Virus record (IMG/VR): IMGVR_UViG_2811995091_000080
Coordinates: 1 to 64,000 of that record
DNA: 64,000 nt
Reading direction: 5' to 3' (one strand)
DNA from: a virus
Lineage: Duplodnaviria; Caudoviricetes
The notes under the pieces are model-generated. The model saw nothing but the letters and a program-made list of their open reading frames with translations, was not told the origin of the DNA and ran no database searches. This document shows, in pieces, positions 62,289-64,000 of the stretch; the first letter of the stretch is position 1; each line of letters begins with the position of its first letter. The position numbers and the translations under genes were made by a program.

Positions 62289-62620
62289 CGTGGGACTGGG
62301 AGGGAATCTTCCGGTCCTACCGACAGGCTGGTTACGCGCGGGGCGACTTCTTTGAGGAAACCCCGCGCTCGACCATCCTTGCCCTACAGGGGGCAAAAGA
62401 GCGGGCGCAAAGCGAGCTTCGCAACGTCATCACGGGATCGTGGCTGAATGGTCGCCTTTCGGGGATGATCGACCCTGACAAATACCCGTCGCTCGAAGAA
62501 ATGCTTGGCGAAGAGCCGGAGCCGGAAGCGGAGCCGGAACCCGGTGCGGAGCATGTTGGGGCAAAGCTATGGGTAATGTGGCTTAACAAGAAGCAGCCTA
62601 AAGCCCCGTCTCATTCGTAG
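62252..62620 (+). CDS. -1 frameshift extension (GT) from G GGA AAC at 62252-62258
   Basis: Phased heptamer. The -1 frame is open to TAG 62618-62620 (DFFEETPRST). Confidence 0.75.
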   Translation, partial: GKRTQEGGSKEVAWDWEGIFRSYRQAGYARGDFFEETPRSTILALQGAKERAQSELRNVITGSWLNGRLSGMIDPDKYPSLEEMLGEEPEPEAEPEPGAEHVGAKLWVMWLNKKQPKAPSHS

Positions 62621-63050
62621 GCGCTATGGGGGTATATAGCAGGAAGCATTGGCCGTAACCGTTGGACACCCGCACGCGAAGATTGCGTTCTGTGCTGACG
62701 TATTCAGAGCGGCCAGCGCGGCTGTATATCCCGTCTATCTCCCGTTCGATCACCTCGCAGGCTTCGGGGGCCTCGGGGTGCAGCCGGATAGCTGACAAAC
62801 CGCCTGAGAGCGGTGAGAAATAGAACTGGGTCCTAAACGTCATTCCCGACGCAGAATAGGTGCCTTCCGCGCCTAATTCTTGGCCCCTTACTTGATCGCC
62901 GCGCAGGCCCCTGACGCTTGCCGCATTGCCTTGTGCGGCTGACACTACCTGCTCCGGGGACATGCCCCATTGAGCGTATTGCCAATCCGCGCTGGCGGGG
63001 GCGGCAAGCGAAATAAGCGCGGCGGTCAAGGCGAGGTGTGTGGGTCTCAT
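62598..63050 (-). CDS. Antisense moron, secreted/periplasmic protein
   Basis: Signal peptide ...AAPASA, then WGMSPEQV motif. Confidence 0.75.
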   Translation of the reverse strand: MRPTHLALTAALISLAAPASADWQYAQWGMSPEQVVSAAQGNAASVRGLRGDQVRGQELGAEGTYSASGMTFRTQFYFSPLSGGLSAIRLHPEAPEACEVIEREIDGIYSRAGRSEYVSTERNLRVRVSNGYGQCFLLYTPIAPTNETGL

Positions 63051-63103
63051 GCCTGCCGAATACATCAAAACGAACCAACAATCCAGAACAGGGAGCTTGC
63101 CCG

Positions 63104-64000
63104 ATGGGAGCAATCGCGAACTTGGAAGCTACCCTGCGCTGGGACATTGAAGATTTCCAGCGCGGCACGACTGTTATTGAAGGCACCTTCAAGAATATCA
63201 TCGGCCTTGCTGGCAAGGTTGGAGAGGCGGTCTCTAACGCGGGCCGCAAGATGACTCTGGGCATGACGCTGCCCCTAACCGGCCTAGGTGTGCTGTTCAC
63301 GAAAACGGCGGCTGATGCTGCCGAGCTACAATCTGCGTTCGATTACACCTTTGGCGAAATGTCGGCGGGGATGAATAGCTGGGCTGTAACTGCCGGTGAC
63401 GCAATGGGCCGAGCCACACAAGAGATGCAGCAGGGCGCGCTCGCCTTTGGGCAGCTTTTCAAGGCGGCTGCGCCCACCGAAGCCGCAGCGGCCCGTATGT
63501 CGCAGCGGTTCACCGAGTTGGCGCAGGATGCTGCTAGCTTCTATAATACCGACTTCGATACGGCGATGGGTAAAATCCGGTCGGGCCTGACCGGTGAAAG
63601 CGAGCCGCTGCGCGATTTCGGCGTATTTCTGAATGAGTCGGCGGTGAAGGCAAAGGCCCTTGAACTTGGCCTGATAAGTGCTGGGCAGGAGGTCAACGAA
63701 TACGGTAAAATTATGGCCCGTTCGGCCTTGATCGCTGAGGGGTTATCGGACGCACAAGGGGACATTGAGCGGACTTCTGACAGCCTTTCAAACAAGGTTC
63801 GCAAAATTAAAGGCGACCTCCATGAATTGGCTCTGGAAATCGGCACCATACTGGCCCCCTACGCGGAGGCCCTCGCGTCCACTGTGGAAAGACTGGTAGC
63901 AGGCTTCCGCTCGCTGCCGACATGGGTCAAGCAGGTCGCAGTTGGCTTCGCGGCATTTCTTGCCGTCATAGGCCCAGTGGTTGTCGTGCTCTCAACCTTG
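63104..64000 (+). CDS. Tape measure protein of B (5' part, runs off window)
   Basis: RBS GGGAG, MGAIANLEATLRWD..., open to the end. IRSGLTGESEPLRDFGV repeat-like motif. Confidence 0.88.
   Translation, partial: MGAIANLEATLRWDIEDFQRGTTVIEGTFKNIIGLAGKVGEAVSNAGRKMTLGMTLPLTGLGVLFTKTAADAAELQSAFDYTFGEMSAGMNSWAVTAGDAMGRATQEMQQGALAFGQLFKAAAPTEAAAARMSQRFTELAQDAASFYNTDFDTAMGKIRSGLTGESEPLRDFGVFLNESAVKAKALELGLISAGQEVNEYGKIMARSALIAEGLSDAQGDIERTSDSLSNKVRKIKGDLHELALEIGTILAPYAEALASTVERLVAGFRSLPTWVKQVAVGFAAFLAVIGPVVVVLSTL

Larger units (their letters stand above)
35597..64000. mobile_element. Prophage B (right end outside window), related but heteroimmune to A
   Basis: att, int, xis, left operon, a different cI/cro, O-like replication, head module co-linear with A (offset 42708), different tail module. 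Confidence 0.9.

Noticed and set aside
1-64000. CRISPR array, DGR (template/variable repeats with reverse transcriptase), retron, group I/II intron, IS element
   Set aside because: I saw no regularly spaced repeats, reverse transcriptase, transposase or intron-split genes. Terminase, portal and capsid are uninterrupted.

Overview
The window is entirely phage DNA. It holds two related but heteroimmune lambdoid/HK97-like temperate siphoviruses joined head-to-tail. The host is most likely an alphaproteobacterium (inferred from high GC, GTTC-N7-GTTC boxes and the tRNA fragment). Element A (1 to ~35.6 kb) runs from its recombination genes through immunity, helicase-primase replication, a methyltransferase, the late promoter, HNH/terminase/cos, head, tail and lysis. 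An attP-like junction follows at ~35.5-35.7 kb, with the 3' half of a tRNA-Val(TAC) and arm-type repeats on both sides. Element B (~35.6 kb to the end) starts with int/xis and continues through a left operon, a different repressor/cro pair, lambda-O-like replication, a second methyltransferase, an almost identical head module (constant offset 42,708 bp) and a non-homologous tail module cut off in the tape measure gene. Comparing A with B gives the main findings: (1) neither repressor has an autocleavage domain, and each sits near a small antisense ORF whose RBS lies inside an alphaproteobacterial LexA box, a candidate SOS-controlled antirepressor cassette; (2) both C5 methyltransferases lack motif IX in the main frame and carry it in a nested +1-frame ORF; (3) A's methyltransferase is inserted in-frame into a minigene between 11-bp direct repeats; (4) two free-standing HNH genes in A bring recoded replacement ends for the genes they interrupt; (5) A carries a minimal antisense NADAR-like gene beside the lysozyme; (6) both late promoters lead into structured leader RNAs. 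No database searches were run. Product calls rest on motifs, synteny and recalled family features.
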